From Azolla caroliniana (Eukaryota; Plantae; Polypodiophyta), in the NCBI GenBank assembly GCA_043228905.1, contig JBHGNT010000021.1, positions 1,302,001-1,366,000 on the forward strand: a stretch of 64,000 nucleotides of DNA. The letters run 5' to 3'. Every line of letters starts with the position of its first letter. The stretch's first letter is position 1. The notes below the pieces were generated by a model that worked only from the letters and a program-made list of their open reading frames with translations, did no database searches and was not told the origin of the DNA. Shown piece after piece: positions 63,155-64,000 of the stretch. Both the position numbers and the translations under genes were made by a program.

Positions 63155-63433
63155 TCATAAATTATTATAAGGCAATACCTTGTCACACTCCACACTATGT
63201 GTAGTGTTGGGTGAAAGCAATTCCTCTCTTAATTTCATCAGAAGACGGCCAAGATAGTTTAGGCCCTCGCCTTCTCGCCCCGCCCCCCAGAAGAGATCTG
63301 AGGGAGACATTTTGACTAGGGTTGATCCGGTTGTGGAGAGTAGCAAAGACTTCAAGCTTGGGTGGGAAGTGAACTTCGATCTGAGAGCTTTGTACATTAA
63401 CTCTACGTTCACAAGATCCCAATCGGGCCGCAC
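63155..63433 (-). CDS. PYRR: Last coding exon of a NADAR (DUF1768) domain gene, most like riboflavin biosynthesis protein PyrR
   Basis: Acceptor TTTCAG| at 63434. Peptide VRPDW...MYKALRSKF..HP.LKSLLLST.G..LV..SP.DLFWGAGREGEGLNYLGRLLMKLR matches the plant PyrR C-terminal N-glycosidase domain. Upstream exons lie beyond the window. Confidence 0.85.
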   Translation of the reverse strand: MRPDWDLVNVELMYKALRSKFTSHPSLKSLLLSTTGSTLVKMSPSDLFWGAGREGEGLNYLGRLLMKLREELLSPNTTHSVECDKVLPYNNL

Positions 63434-64000
63434 CTGAAAACAAAGAAGTGAGTATCTTGCTTTGGATATTTCTCCATATCAGAAATGTTTTGAACGTAGA
63501 ATCTTCAGTCTAACTTTAGATATTTTGAATGCTTTGATATCTAGATTCTTTAGCACCTTATCTTTAGTTGTACTTTTTTGGGGTATGCACCTGGGTTCAA
63601 ATCTTGCTGACTTTGCTAGGTGTTGTGGAATGTAGCATGACATTCTCGTCTCCACCAGATAACCTTACCAATGTTGGGATCAACCAACTAAGTTACATCC
63701 ATTTAGTCTGTCTATTTAAGGCAGGAGAACAATAATAGAAGGCCTTCATAAGCCATAATCAAGTGGAATCCTAGATTCATGATGCATCATATAGAACACT
63801 ACTTTATTTGGAGCTCTAGGTCTATCAATGTCTACATTAAAACAAATAGCAATTTAAAATAAGTTTCTCATTAATGTTTGCACGGTTGCCTATGAGCACC
63901 TCTTGAAAAGGAGTGTATTGATATGTGTACTGACTTGATATGTTTATTTTATTCCATATGTTTCAGGCTTTCCATGGATGTTACAATGTCTGGATTTCTT

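Overview
Eukaryotic, AT-rich, intron-containing land-plant DNA. A non-seed plant (bryophyte or lycophyte) is the likely source, judged from the Tcn1-like chromovirus, but this is inference. Host genes: the 3' part of a START-like phosphatidylinositol transfer protein gene (+, with an 8-nt microexon and a probable GC donor), a RING-H2 E3 ligase with an unspliced CDS (-, XERICO/RHA-like), KRI1 (+, single coding exon), a G3BP-like NTF2-RRM-RGG gene (+) and the last exon of a PyrR/NADAR gene (-). Transposable elements: a full-length Ty1/copia element with TSD, a three-LTR chimeric Ty3/gypsy chromovirus nested in a LINE, three L1-like LINE remnants, a small non-autonomous LTR element with a 76-bp array, a hAT remnant and several tRNA-derived units. 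The most striking object is the gypsy LTR. About 230 bp hold an outward-facing tRNA-like A/B-box cassette, a long heat-shock-element array, a TATA box and a 12-nt self-primer. The self-primer covaries with a non-tRNA PBS between two subfamilies. The same element has a clear gag-pol -1 frameshift signal. All coordinates were read by eye, and family assignments come from remembered motifs, not database searches.
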